The notes under the pieces were generated by a model, which was not told the origin of the DNA, searched no databases, and saw only the letters and a program-made list of their open reading frames with translations. The translations under genes were made by a program, and so were the position numbers. This document shows positions 15,689-24,193 of a DNA stretch of 34,135 nucleotides, piece by piece (position 1 is the first letter of the stretch; every line of letters begins with the position of its first letter). The stretch comes from a virus. The DNA lies in the UHGV virus genome UHGV-0125140, one strand, 5' to 3'.

Positions 15689-16952
15689 TATCGTTTTAGA
15701 GTTTAACTTCCCGTCAAGAGTTTTTAACAAATCGTTTTATGATCGATTGGTGGATTATTCTAAATTCACCGAGGTTTATTGGGGCGGCGCTTCATCTGGC
15801 AAAAGTCACGGTGTCGTTCAAAAGGTTGTTTTTAAAGCATGTCAAAGATGGAAGAAACCAAGAAAGATTTTATTTACAAGAAAAGTAGGGCGTAGCTTAA
15901 AAGACTCTATTTTCGAGGATGTGAAAGCGTGTCTTTCTGATTGGGGACTGCTAGATAAGTGTAAAGTAAATAACACTGATTTTAGAATCACGTTACCAAA
16001 CGGCGCAGAGTTTCTTTTCAAGGGAATGGATGACCCAGAGAAAATAAAATCCATCAAAGGGCTGTCTGACGTCGTGATGGAAGAAGCAACAGAATTTACA
16101 CTAGAAGATTATACACAGCTTACTTTGCGTTTACGTGAACGTAAGCATGTGAAACGTCAAATCTTTTTAATGTTTAACCCAGTTTCTAAACTGAACTGGG
16201 TATATAAATCTTTCTTTGATGAGGAAGCAGAAGTCGATCAACGAAGAACGGGTATTTATCACAGCACCTATAAAGACAATCGGTTTCTTGATAGTGAAAA
16301 TAAAAAGGTGATTGAGGATTTAGCCAAACGAAACCCAGCGTATTATCGCATATATGCTTTAGGAGAATTTGCTACGCTAGATAAACTTGTATTTCCAAAC
16401 TATCAGAGAAAACGATTAGACAAGCACGACGAACTGTTAAGACAGATTGATTCAGATTTTGGCTTAGACTTTGGGTATGTAAACGACCCTTCCGCTTTTG
16501 TGCATGCAAAGGTAGACGAGAAGAACAAACGTATTTATGTTCTTGAAGAATACGTCAAAAAAGGCTTGCTGAATGATGAAATCTCAACGGTTATTAAAGA
16601 TTTAGGCTATGCAAAAGAAGTTATCACTGCAGATTCAGCTGAAAAGAAATCTATTGCAGAAATCAAGAAGAACGGAATTACTAGAATACGTGCAGCTAAG
16701 AAAGGCCCTGATTCAATACGACAGGGGCTTTCTTTTTTATTGCAATATGAGCTAATCGTAGACGATCGTTGCGTAAAACTGATTGAGGAATTAGAAAACT
16801 ACACATGGGCTAAAGACAAGAAAACAGGGGAGTACACCAATGAACCTATTGATAGCTATAATCACGTGATAGATGCTTTACGATACGCAGTAGAACATCG
16901 TAGTAAAAAAGCACGAGGAATTAAGCTACAGAGCGTGAAGGGGGTTATTTAA
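15657..16952 (+). CDS. terL: terminase large subunit (PBSX / Terminase_3 family)
   Basis: 431 aa with a Walker A-like GGASSGKS and a C-terminal nuclease region. Overlaps the end of terS. ATG at 15669 is the likely start. Confidence 0.93.
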   Translation: MVSGMQTKKRNIVLEFNFPSRVFNKSFYDRLVDYSKFTEVYWGGASSGKSHGVVQKVVFKACQRWKKPRKILFTRKVGRSLKDSIFEDVKACLSDWGLLDKCKVNNTDFRITLPNGAEFLFKGMDDPEKIKSIKGLSDVVMEEATEFTLEDYTQLTLRLRERKHVKRQIFLMFNPVSKLNWVYKSFFDEEAEVDQRRTGIYHSTYKDNRFLDSENKKVIEDLAKRNPAYYRIYALGEFATLDKLVFPNYQRKRLDKHDELLRQIDSDFGLDFGYVNDPSAFVHAKVDEKNKRIYVLEEYVKKGLLNDEISTVIKDLGYAKEVITADSAEKKSIAEIKKNGITRIRAAKKGPDSIRQGLSFLLQYELIVDDRCVKLIEELENYTWAKDKKTGEYTNEPIDSYNHVIDALRYAVEHRSKKARGIKLQSVKGVI

Positions 16953-18436
16953 TGACAGAAAAAGTAAGTAGACCAAATACTGAAAGTAAAATACGTGAAT
17001 TCGTTGACCTTTTAGGAAATCGTGTCTTTTATTGTGATAAAAACGCAAAGATTGACGAACGCTTGGTGGATAAATACATTAATAAGCATCGGAAATTAAT
17101 TGGGTTTTACGAAGAATTAGAAAAGCTCTACAACGGTCAACATGATATTTATTATCAAAAAAATAAAGGAATTGGAAAACCTGACCATCGAATTGCAGTC
17201 AACTTTGCCCGTTATGTTGTAGACAGTTCTGCAGCTTTCTTTAACGGTAAACCAACAAAGATTACTCATCCAGATGGTGAGGTAAAAGAATTTGTTCAAG
17301 ATTTCCGTAAACGAAACGACGAAGAAGACAACGACGCGGAGCTTTCTAAGCTAACTGCTATTTATGGACATGCTTATAAGCTTTTATATCAAAACGAAGA
17401 AGCGGAAACGTGTGTAACTTATTTAAAACCTACACAAGGATTCATTGTTTACGCAGATGACTTATTAAAAGCGCCTATGTTTGCGGTTCTTTACAACAAA
17501 ATGACAAGGGACGAGTTAACGGCAACTGTTTATCCACAAAATAGCACAGAAACGTTTATTTTTACACAAGACAAGACTTCTAAACGATTGGAAACTAAGA
17601 GAGGACCAACCGTTTTTCAGAAAGCCTTGTCTTATTTATTAGGTGGAAAAGAGGCAATCGCTAATCCGTACGGTGAAGTGCCTATGATTGAGTTTATGGA
17701 AAATGACGAACGACAAGGACGTATTGAGTCTGTGTGGTCGCTGATTAATAATTACAACGAAGCTCTATCAGAAAAAGCGAACGACGTGAGTTATTTTGCG
17801 GATGCCTACTTAAAAATGATAGGGGTAGATTTAGCTGACGAAAACGTCGCTTCCTATTTACGTGATAACCGAGTGATTAATAGTGCTGAGCCTTTAAATG
17901 AAGGCGAATCGGTAGATATTAATTTTTTAGATAAACCTAGTTCAGATACAACACAAGAAAATCTATTAGACCGATTAGAGCGGTTAATTTATCAAATGTC
18001 TATGACTTATAATGCAAACGATGAAAGTTTTAGCAATAACGCTTCTGGGATTTCGCTAGAATTTAAAATGCAAAATCCTAGGAATTTAGCACAAGCGAAA
18101 GCTAGGAAGTTTAAAAAAGCATATGCGCAAATGTACAAAATGATTTTTTCATTGCCTACGAATGTACCTGCCAATAAAGCTAAGGAATGGTTTAATTTAG
18201 AATACACTTTTGACTTTAATATTCCGCGCAATATTAAAGACGAAGCGGAAACTGCACAAAAACTTGAAGGGATTGTTTCAAGAGAAACGCAATTAGGCGT
18301 ATTATCGATTGTTCCTGACGTAACTCAAGAAATGGAACGTATAAAGGACGAAGAAACGGAAGAACGTTTAAATCCACAAGTTGATTTCGGTAAATTTACT
18401 CGAACTACGGAAGAAGTGACCGAAGAACATGAGTAA
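16952..18436 (+). CDS. portal protein (SPP1 gp6-like)
   Basis: 494 aa, directly after terL, with an acidic C-terminus. Confidence 0.9.
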   Translation: MTEKVSRPNTESKIREFVDLLGNRVFYCDKNAKIDERLVDKYINKHRKLIGFYEELEKLYNGQHDIYYQKNKGIGKPDHRIAVNFARYVVDSSAAFFNGKPTKITHPDGEVKEFVQDFRKRNDEEDNDAELSKLTAIYGHAYKLLYQNEEAETCVTYLKPTQGFIVYADDLLKAPMFAVLYNKMTRDELTATVYPQNSTETFIFTQDKTSKRLETKRGPTVFQKALSYLLGGKEAIANPYGEVPMIEFMENDERQGRIESVWSLINNYNEALSEKANDVSYFADAYLKMIGVDLADENVASYLRDNRVINSAEPLNEGESVDINFLDKPSSDTTQENLLDRLERLIYQMSMTYNANDESFSNNASGISLEFKMQNPRNLAQAKARKFKKAYAQMYKMIFSLPTNVPANKAKEWFNLEYTFDFNIPRNIKDEAETAQKLEGIVSRETQLGVLSIVPDVTQEMERIKDEETEERLNPQVDFGKFTRTTEEVTEEHE

Positions 18437-19355
18437 TTATTGGGCGGAACGAGAAGCAAAACATATCGAAGAAATGCTGAAACGACATGTGAATTACGAA
18501 CAAGAAATTCATAGACGGTATTTACAGTTATGGAAAACGATAGAAGCAGAAATTCAACAGTTTTACGTCGCTTATGCAGGGAAAGAGAAGATTAACATTG
18601 ATGAAGCGAAACGACGTGCAAGTAAACATGACGTACAAATTTTCGCGGAAAAAGCGAAACGTTATGTACAAACAAGAGATTTTTCAAAAGAAGCTAACGA
18701 GCAATTAAGGTTATACAATTTAACGATGAAGGTTAATCGTTTAGAGCTTTTAAAATCGAAAATAGGTTTGTATTTAACAGACAACACTAATCAGCTACAG
18801 ACCTATTTTACAGCAATGTTAACAGAGGAATCTGTAGCGGAGTTTGTACGACAAGCGGGGATATTAGGCGAGTCTGTTCTTTCCGAAGAAACTTATCGAT
18901 TGTTTACTAAAGCGATTATTGAGGGGTCGTTTCATAACGCGACATTTTCTCAACGTTTGTGGGCAAACCAAGATGTTTTGAAAGCGAGTATCGATCGCTT
19001 ATTAACAGTTGGGCTAGCAGCAGGTAAGCATCCAGATGTACTGGCTAGAGAGCTACGGAGATTAGTTGTGATTGACAGCTTGCGAGGAAAGGAAACGGCT
19101 GATTATGTCGCACGTCGGCTAATGATTAGTGAATCTGCAAGAATACAAAGCGAAGTACAAAAGCAAAGCTACGAAAAATATGGGTATGAAGAATACAATC
19201 TAATTGTAGAACCAAGCGCTTGTCCTATTTGTGTAGGAATAGCAAGTGCAAATCCACATAAGGTTTCTGAAATGAGCTCAGGAATCAATGCAAGTCCTAT
19301 TCACAACTGGTGTCGGTGTAGTACTGCACCTGCTTATAAAGACAAAAAGTTCTAG
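18429..19355 (+). CDS. minor head protein (phage head morphogenesis, SPP1 gp7 / Mu F-like)
   Basis: Position after the portal, size 308 aa. The C-terminus carries a Cys cluster (CPICVG...WCRCS). Confidence 0.75.
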   Translation: MSNYWAEREAKHIEEMLKRHVNYEQEIHRRYLQLWKTIEAEIQQFYVAYAGKEKINIDEAKRRASKHDVQIFAEKAKRYVQTRDFSKEANEQLRLYNLTMKVNRLELLKSKIGLYLTDNTNQLQTYFTAMLTEESVAEFVRQAGILGESVLSEETYRLFTKAIIEGSFHNATFSQRLWANQDVLKASIDRLLTVGLAAGKHPDVLARELRRLVVIDSLRGKETADYVARRLMISESARIQSEVQKQSYEKYGYEEYNLIVEPSACPICVGIASANPHKVSEMSSGINASPIHNWCRCSTAPAYKDKKF

Positions 19356-19477
19356 CGAAAGTTAGGCTTTTTTTATTTGCCTTCTTACTGCTTACAGGCG
19401 TTAAAGAGAAAGCTGTTTCGATTGATAGGCGTAACCTATTAATTTCGATTAGCCACGTAATGGCTGGAGGTTTTAAC

Positions 19478-20113
19478 ATGAACGAAGAAAAACACTTATT
19501 ATTACCGATGGATTTACAATTTTTTGCAGATGAGCCAAATTCTGATGAGCCAAACTCTGACAATTCAAACGAATCTGGGAATTCATCGACAAAGGATTCT
19601 CAAAATCCCAAAAATGAAAATCCAGACGGAAAAGAAACTGGAAAGACTTTTACCCGTGAAGATGTATCAAAAATGATTGCAGCAGAAACTAAGAAAGCAG
19701 TGGAGCAAGCAAAATCTGATTGGGAAAAGCAAAAATCTTACGAGCAAATGACTGCGGAAGAACGTGTTAAGGCGAAAGAACAAGAAGCCGCTGACAAAGA
19801 AGCACTAGCGGAAAAACGAGAAAAGGAAGCCCAAGCTCGTCTTGACCGTTTAACGCGTGCCGAATCTGTTCGTAATGATTTATCCGAGAATGGCCTTTCC
19901 GACTACGTAAGTGCTGCGCAAGCCGATTTATTGCTTGTGAAAGATACAGACGAGGATACAAAGAAAGCTGTAGACGAATTAAAACAAATTATTTCAAAAG
20001 CTAGAGATGGTATCCAAAAAGAATTGCTGAAAGGTCAAACTGTAAACGTTGCTACAGCAACAAAAGAGACCGATTGGCGCAGCAATTTGACTAAAAATTT
20101 AGAAAAGAAATAG
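19478..20113 (+). CDS. scaffolding protein (DUF4355-like)
   Basis: ATG at 19478 after GGAGG gives MNEEKHLLLPMDLQFFADE. Acidic low-complexity region, then coiled coil. Immediately precedes the capsid gene. Confidence 0.75.
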   Translation: MNEEKHLLLPMDLQFFADEPNSDEPNSDNSNESGNSSTKDSQNPKNENPDGKETGKTFTREDVSKMIAAETKKAVEQAKSDWEKQKSYEQMTAEERVKAKEQEAADKEALAEKREKEAQARLDRLTRAESVRNDLSENGLSDYVSAAQADLLLVKDTDEDTKKAVDELKQIISKARDGIQKELLKGQTVNVATATKETDWRSNLTKNLEKK

Positions 20114-20126
20114 GAGATGAAAAATT

Positions 20127-21023
20127 ATGCCAGTTATTTTAGATAGCAAAGATTTAAAAGCAATTGACAAAGAATTTGCCGCAGGTTCGCAAGTTTGGGA
20201 TTTATTGAAAGGTGGAGCTGCTGCAGTAACTGAAGCGGATTTTGTAGGCGCAAAAGAAGTCCGCATCAACAAAATGAAAGGTTTTACTGCTAGTGATTAT
20301 AAACGTAACGAAGACAATAAACGTTCTAAAATTGATGTGGCAAAAGAAACGTTCAAATTAGAGAAAGAGCGTTGGTTTGGATATGACTTAGACACATTAG
20401 ATCAATCAGAAAATGCTTCCTACGAAGTTCAAGCGCTTGTGGAAGAGCATACTCGTTTAATTGCGATTCCTGAAAAAGATCGAACTGCTGTACAACGCTT
20501 ATTAGAAGCGGCATTTGCTGAGGCTGCGGATGATGATAGCGAAGGAAAATACGTTGGAAAAACGGTAAAAGAAACCATTACTACAGAAAACTCTTTAGCT
20601 TCTTATGACGCAGCAGAAGCGTATATGACAGATGCAGAAATTGTCGGTCCGTTTATTATGTTTGCATCCACTGACTACTATTCAGCATTAAAAAATGCAA
20701 AAGGTGTTTCAAAAACATTTACTACAAACGAGCAACAAATTTCAGGTATTAACCGTAAAGTTGCGCAGTTAGACGGTTCAGATACTATTATTCAAAAAGT
20801 TGCAAAATCTCGTTTACAGGTAGATTCTACGAAGAAAATTAATTATATTCTTGTGCCTTTGATGGTTTGTTCGCCAGTTGAAAAATACAACTCTATTGAT
20901 CTAATTCCAGCTTCACAAGACCGTGATGGCTACAGAGACACCATCAAAGGATTAAACTATTATGATGCTATCGTAACTGAAAAAGCTCGTCCTGCCATTT
21001 ACGTTTCTTACGATTCAAAGTAA
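20127..21023 (+). CDS. major capsid protein
   Basis: 298 aa, strong RBS, follows the scaffold gene. No prohead protease is present, consistent with a scaffold-dependent capsid. Confidence 0.75.
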   Translation: MPVILDSKDLKAIDKEFAAGSQVWDLLKGGAAAVTEADFVGAKEVRINKMKGFTASDYKRNEDNKRSKIDVAKETFKLEKERWFGYDLDTLDQSENASYEVQALVEEHTRLIAIPEKDRTAVQRLLEAAFAEAADDDSEGKYVGKTVKETITTENSLASYDAAEAYMTDAEIVGPFIMFASTDYYSALKNAKGVSKTFTTNEQQISGINRKVAQLDGSDTIIQKVAKSRLQVDSTKKINYILVPLMVCSPVEKYNSIDLIPASQDRDGYRDTIKGLNYYDAIVTEKARPAIYVSYDSK

Positions 21024-21093
21024 GCGCCCCGACCGTTAAAAAGGTAACACCAACGGCAGATGGGGCAGTTGTTGAAGCAGAGTAGGTGAAAAA

Positions 21094-21426
21094 ATGACTC
21101 TTTCAGATTATCGCGTACTACTGGATATTTCAGAGGATACCTACGAAAAAGATAAGGCAAAAATTATCAAAATCTGGGACATTACTGAAAAACAGCTGCG
21201 AGTAAAATTGAAAGCTGATAAAATACCAGAAAAATTGGACTATATTGTTCCGTCAATTGTAGTGAAACGATATAACCGTTTAGGTTTTGAAGGCATGGAA
21301 CAACACTCTCAATCAGAAGAAACAATCTCTTATAATTTGGATGACTTCGGGGAATTTCAAGATGAGATTAACGATTATCTTGAAGAACAAGGCTTGATTC
21401 GTAAAAGGAAGGTGTCCTTTTTATGA
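21094..21426 (+). CDS. head-tail connector protein (gp6-like)
   Basis: Size and position. MTLSDYRVLLDISEDTYEKDKAKI has connector-family character. Confidence 0.55.
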   Translation: MTLSDYRVLLDISEDTYEKDKAKIIKIWDITEKQLRVKLKADKIPEKLDYIVPSIVVKRYNRLGFEGMEQHSQSEETISYNLDDFGEFQDEINDYLEEQGLIRKRKVSFL

Positions 21427-21698
21427 GAACCTGCATTAATTACTACAACAAAAAACACGAGCTGATTTCGGAAAAACTGATAGGTAATGTAACCGAAGTC
21501 GGAACGGAAAAACAAATGACCATTTTCCCTAACATAAAGGAGCAGATGGTCATTTTTCGTTTTAGAGATCGCCTAGCTATTCGTTCAGGATTTCTTGAAT
21601 ACTACGATGAAGAAGAACAAAAAAATCGAAAATTTACCGTTGTTAAAAATTTGCGTGTTAGCAAAGGAACTTCGGTTTATGGAAGCGAATATCGATGA
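21423..21698 (+). CDS. putative head-tail adaptor / head closure protein
   Basis: Position in the connector block. Overlapping start/stop codons on both sides. Confidence 0.4.
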   Translation: MRTCINYYNKKHELISEKLIGNVTEVGTEKQMTIFPNIKEQMVIFRFRDRLAIRSGFLEYYDEEEQKNRKFTVVKNLRVSKGTSVYGSEYR

Positions 21699-22033
21699 CT
21701 TACCGAGTAGATATTTCAGGATTGGATGATTTAATCGAAGCGATTGAAGAAGCGAAAAAGCTAGACGATGTAAAAGAGGTCGTCAAAAATGATACTGCTT
21801 ATATGGCAAATCAAATTGCAGAAGAAACACCAGTCAGAAGTGGATACTTAAAACGAAGTGAGACACCTTCTATTAAAGATGATGGAATGACTGGTGAAGT
21901 CGAAGCGATGGCTGATTATTCGCCATATGTAGAGTATGGAACGCGTTATATGTACGGACGTTTCTATATGAAAAAGGGCCATGCGGCAGCTGCTAAAAGA
22001 TTTCTTGATAATATGGAGGCGTTAGTAAAATGA
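21695..22033 (+). CDS. HK97 gp10-family tail-completion / head-tail joining protein
   Basis: PVRSGYLKRS matches the gp10-family TGNLRRS-type motif. 112 aa. Confidence 0.6.
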   Translation: MTYRVDISGLDDLIEAIEEAKKLDDVKEVVKNDTAYMANQIAEETPVRSGYLKRSETPSIKDDGMTGEVEAMADYSPYVEYGTRYMYGRFYMKKGHAAAAKRFLDNMEALVK

Positions 22034-22422
22034 CCTTTAAAGATCCGTATTCAGAGCTTTACGAAGCATTATTTATCACTCTGGAGCAAGCAGGCTATGA
22101 AACCTATGGGCATTTGCCAGATGATGAGGCTTCTTATCCGTTTGTTTTCTTAGGTGAACAATGGTCTAAGGATAGACAAACAAAAACAAGAACGTTAGGT
22201 TCAACAAATATTATGATTCATGTTTATGATCATGACGACAAACGTCGAGAATTAAATCAAGTATTAGCCGATGTGCGAAAAATCGTTCATGAATTGCATC
22301 AGACTAAGAACTTTAATTGGTTAGTAACGGAAAGTAGCACAGAAGTGATTTATGAAAATACAACCAATTTTGGTACGAGCCTTGCACACGGTGTACTTGA
22401 CATCACGTTAGAATTTGAATAA
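22030..22422 (+). CDS. putative tail terminator / tail completion protein
   Basis: Position immediately before the major tail protein gene. Confidence 0.45.
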   Translation: MTFKDPYSELYEALFITLEQAGYETYGHLPDDEASYPFVFLGEQWSKDRQTKTRTLGSTNIMIHVYDHDDKRRELNQVLADVRKIVHELHQTKNFNWLVTESSTEVIYENTTNFGTSLAHGVLDITLEFE

Positions 22423-22441
22423 AGAAAGAAGGAAACTAGAA

Positions 22442-23047
22442 ATGGAGAAAGCAATCCAAGGTAAAAAAATTAAGTTAATGTTTCGATTAACACGTGAACG
22501 TGCGACAACAGCAGCGAAGTTATTAGCTTTAGAAATTTCACACGAATATAAGTCAGAAACAAAAACAGATACGCAATCAACAAAAGATGGGAATATTCCT
22601 ACATCAGGAATGCCGTCAGCTTCCATCGAAATGGAATTTTTACGGACAGGCACAGAAACTTACAACATGTTGAAATATGCGTACCGTAACGGGCTAGAAA
22701 TTGATGTATGGCGCATTAATTTTGATAAAAAAGACCCAAAAACAGGGAAATACGAAGCGGAATTTGGCACAGGTTTATTGGATTCATTCGGAGATTCTGC
22801 TGAATCTGATTCTAATTCAAGCATTAAGCCAACTCTAGTTTTAAATGGTGATTTAGTGGAAGGATGGGCAACAGTTGACACTGAAAACGAAGAACTTGCG
22901 CGTGCTTTCTTCTACGACACTGTAGCTGGTGCGGAACCAGAGGAGCCTGTAGAAAAATACACACCAAAAACAATTGAAGTACCTAAAGTTGAAAGTATAA
23001 CGCCGACATCAGATGGCGCCGTTGTAAAAGTGAAGGAGGAAGAATAA
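22442..23047 (+). CDS. major tail protein (phi13 / Phage_tail_2-like)
   Basis: ATG at 22442 after GAAGGAAACTAGAA. About 200 aa, upstream of the chaperone and tape-measure genes. The C-terminus ends in ITPTSDGAVVKVKEEE. Confidence 0.75.
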   Translation: MEKAIQGKKIKLMFRLTRERATTAAKLLALEISHEYKSETKTDTQSTKDGNIPTSGMPSASIEMEFLRTGTETYNMLKYAYRNGLEIDVWRINFDKKDPKTGKYEAEFGTGLLDSFGDSAESDSNSSIKPTLVLNGDLVEGWATVDTENEELARAFFYDTVAGAEPEEPVEKYTPKTIEVPKVESITPTSDGAVVKVKEEE

Positions 23048-23049
23048 TC

Positions 23050-23358
23050 ATGGCAATTACTTATCGTATTTACAAAGGTAGTGAAAAAGTAGTTGAAGGA
23101 GCAAGTCCATTAACTATTACAGGACTTGATGCAGGAGCAAAAGTAGCAGCAGGAACGTACCATATTGTACGTGTGCAAGATGAAAAAGAATCTGAAAAAG
23201 TAGCTATTCCAGCTTTTACCGTATTGGCGGGGCGCTCTTTGGAAAATAAACCAACAGAAGCAAATACTATTCCTGAAATCAAAGAATGGTTAACCGCTCA
23301 CGGTATTGATTTTACAGGAAAAACAACGAAAACAGATTTATTAGCATTAGTACCATAA
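23050..23358 (+). CDS. Ig-like domain protein with a C-terminal HeH/SAP-like motif (tail decoration candidate)
   Basis: N-terminal beta-rich TITGLDAGAKVAAGTYHIV is Big_2-like. The C-terminus IKEWLTAHGIDFTGKTTKTDLLALV is HeH-like. Own strong RBS (AAGGAGGA). Lies in the -1 frame relative to the major tail protein, and that frame is open 19 codons upstream. Confidence 0.5.
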   Translation: MAITYRIYKGSEKVVEGASPLTITGLDAGAKVAAGTYHIVRVQDEKESEKVAIPAFTVLAGRSLENKPTEANTIPEIKEWLTAHGIDFTGKTTKTDLLALVP

Positions 23359-23420
23359 TTAAAAATCAGGAAGTAGGCGGCAATGTGAAGGCATTGTCGC
23401 TTTTTTAGGAGGAATTTTAC

Positions 23421-23819
23421 ATGTCAACAAACGTAAAACCTGTCGCAACAATTAACGGAAAAAAATATCCTTTGATTTTCGGTTTTAAATTTTTAAACGA
23501 AATTAACGCATTAAAACCTGACGTTGAAGAAGTAGACGGCTTCGTTCAATTGGTTGGTGGGTTACAAGATGGCGACGCTTTTGCCTTTCAAAAATTAATG
23601 CACGCAGCGTTAATTACTTATGATGACTTAACAACGAAAGAAATTGACGACTACTTAGAAACGTCGGAAGAGGCTTTAACGTTGTTTGAAAATTTTATCT
23701 CTTTCTTGGAGCAAGCACCGTTAACGGCTCTTCGGACGAAAAAATCACTAGAAGCAATCAAAAAAATCATGGCTTACATGGAACAGATACAAGCCAATCA
23801 ACAAGAAACGACAGCCTAG
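23421..23819 (+). CDS. tail assembly chaperone (gpG-like)
   Basis: 132 aa with an acidic C-terminus, between the major tail protein and tape-measure genes. Confidence 0.7.
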   Translation: MSTNVKPVATINGKKYPLIFGFKFLNEINALKPDVEEVDGFVQLVGGLQDGDAFAFQKLMHAALITYDDLTTKEIDDYLETSEEALTLFENFISFLEQAPLTALRTKKSLEAIKKIMAYMEQIQANQQETTA

Positions 23820-24193
23820 ATTATGACGAAATAGTTGTCACTTGTTTTCAACATTTCCCCAATATCACTTTAAAAGAAATTGAGCGTATGACTCCTTATG
23901 AATTTAATTTACGGATAAAAGCTGTAAATTTACGTGCAATTAACGAAGAAAGGAAACTATACGTTAACGCGTTAGCTACACGTATTTTTACAACACCAGA
24001 TGAAAAAGGGCAACGCTATATTTTTAACGAAGTGAAAGATGTCTATGACTTTGAAAAGCTTGAACGCGATGTGCGAGGGGAAATCTCGCAACGAGAAGTG
24101 GAAAAGCTAAGTGAGCTAGAAGAAAACGCTCGTCGATTAGAACAAGCAAGAAAAATTGTTGAGGAAAGGAGGAAACAACGTGACACAAAGTAA
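23762..24193 (+). CDS. tail assembly chaperone frameshift extension (gpT-like). The -1 frame is open from 23762. Expected product is a G-T fusion via slippage on the A7 run at 23760-23766.
   Basis: The ORF-track ORF 23888-24193 lies in the -1 frame relative to gpG. That frame is open back through the AAAAAAA run, which sits inside the 3' end of gpG. Confidence 0.6.
   Translation, partial: KNHGLHGTDTSQSTRNDSLDYDEIVVTCFQHFPNITLKEIERMTPYEFNLRIKAVNLRAINEERKLYVNALATRIFTTPDEKGQRYIFNEVKDVYDFEKLERDVRGEISQREVEKLSELEENARRLEQARKIVEERRKQRDTK

Noticed and set aside
19240-19330. Cys cluster at the C-terminus of the MuF-like head protein as a separate zinc-finger gene
   Set aside because: It is in frame and contiguous with the head-morphogenesis ORF, so it is probably a C-terminal zinc-ribbon decoration of the same protein.
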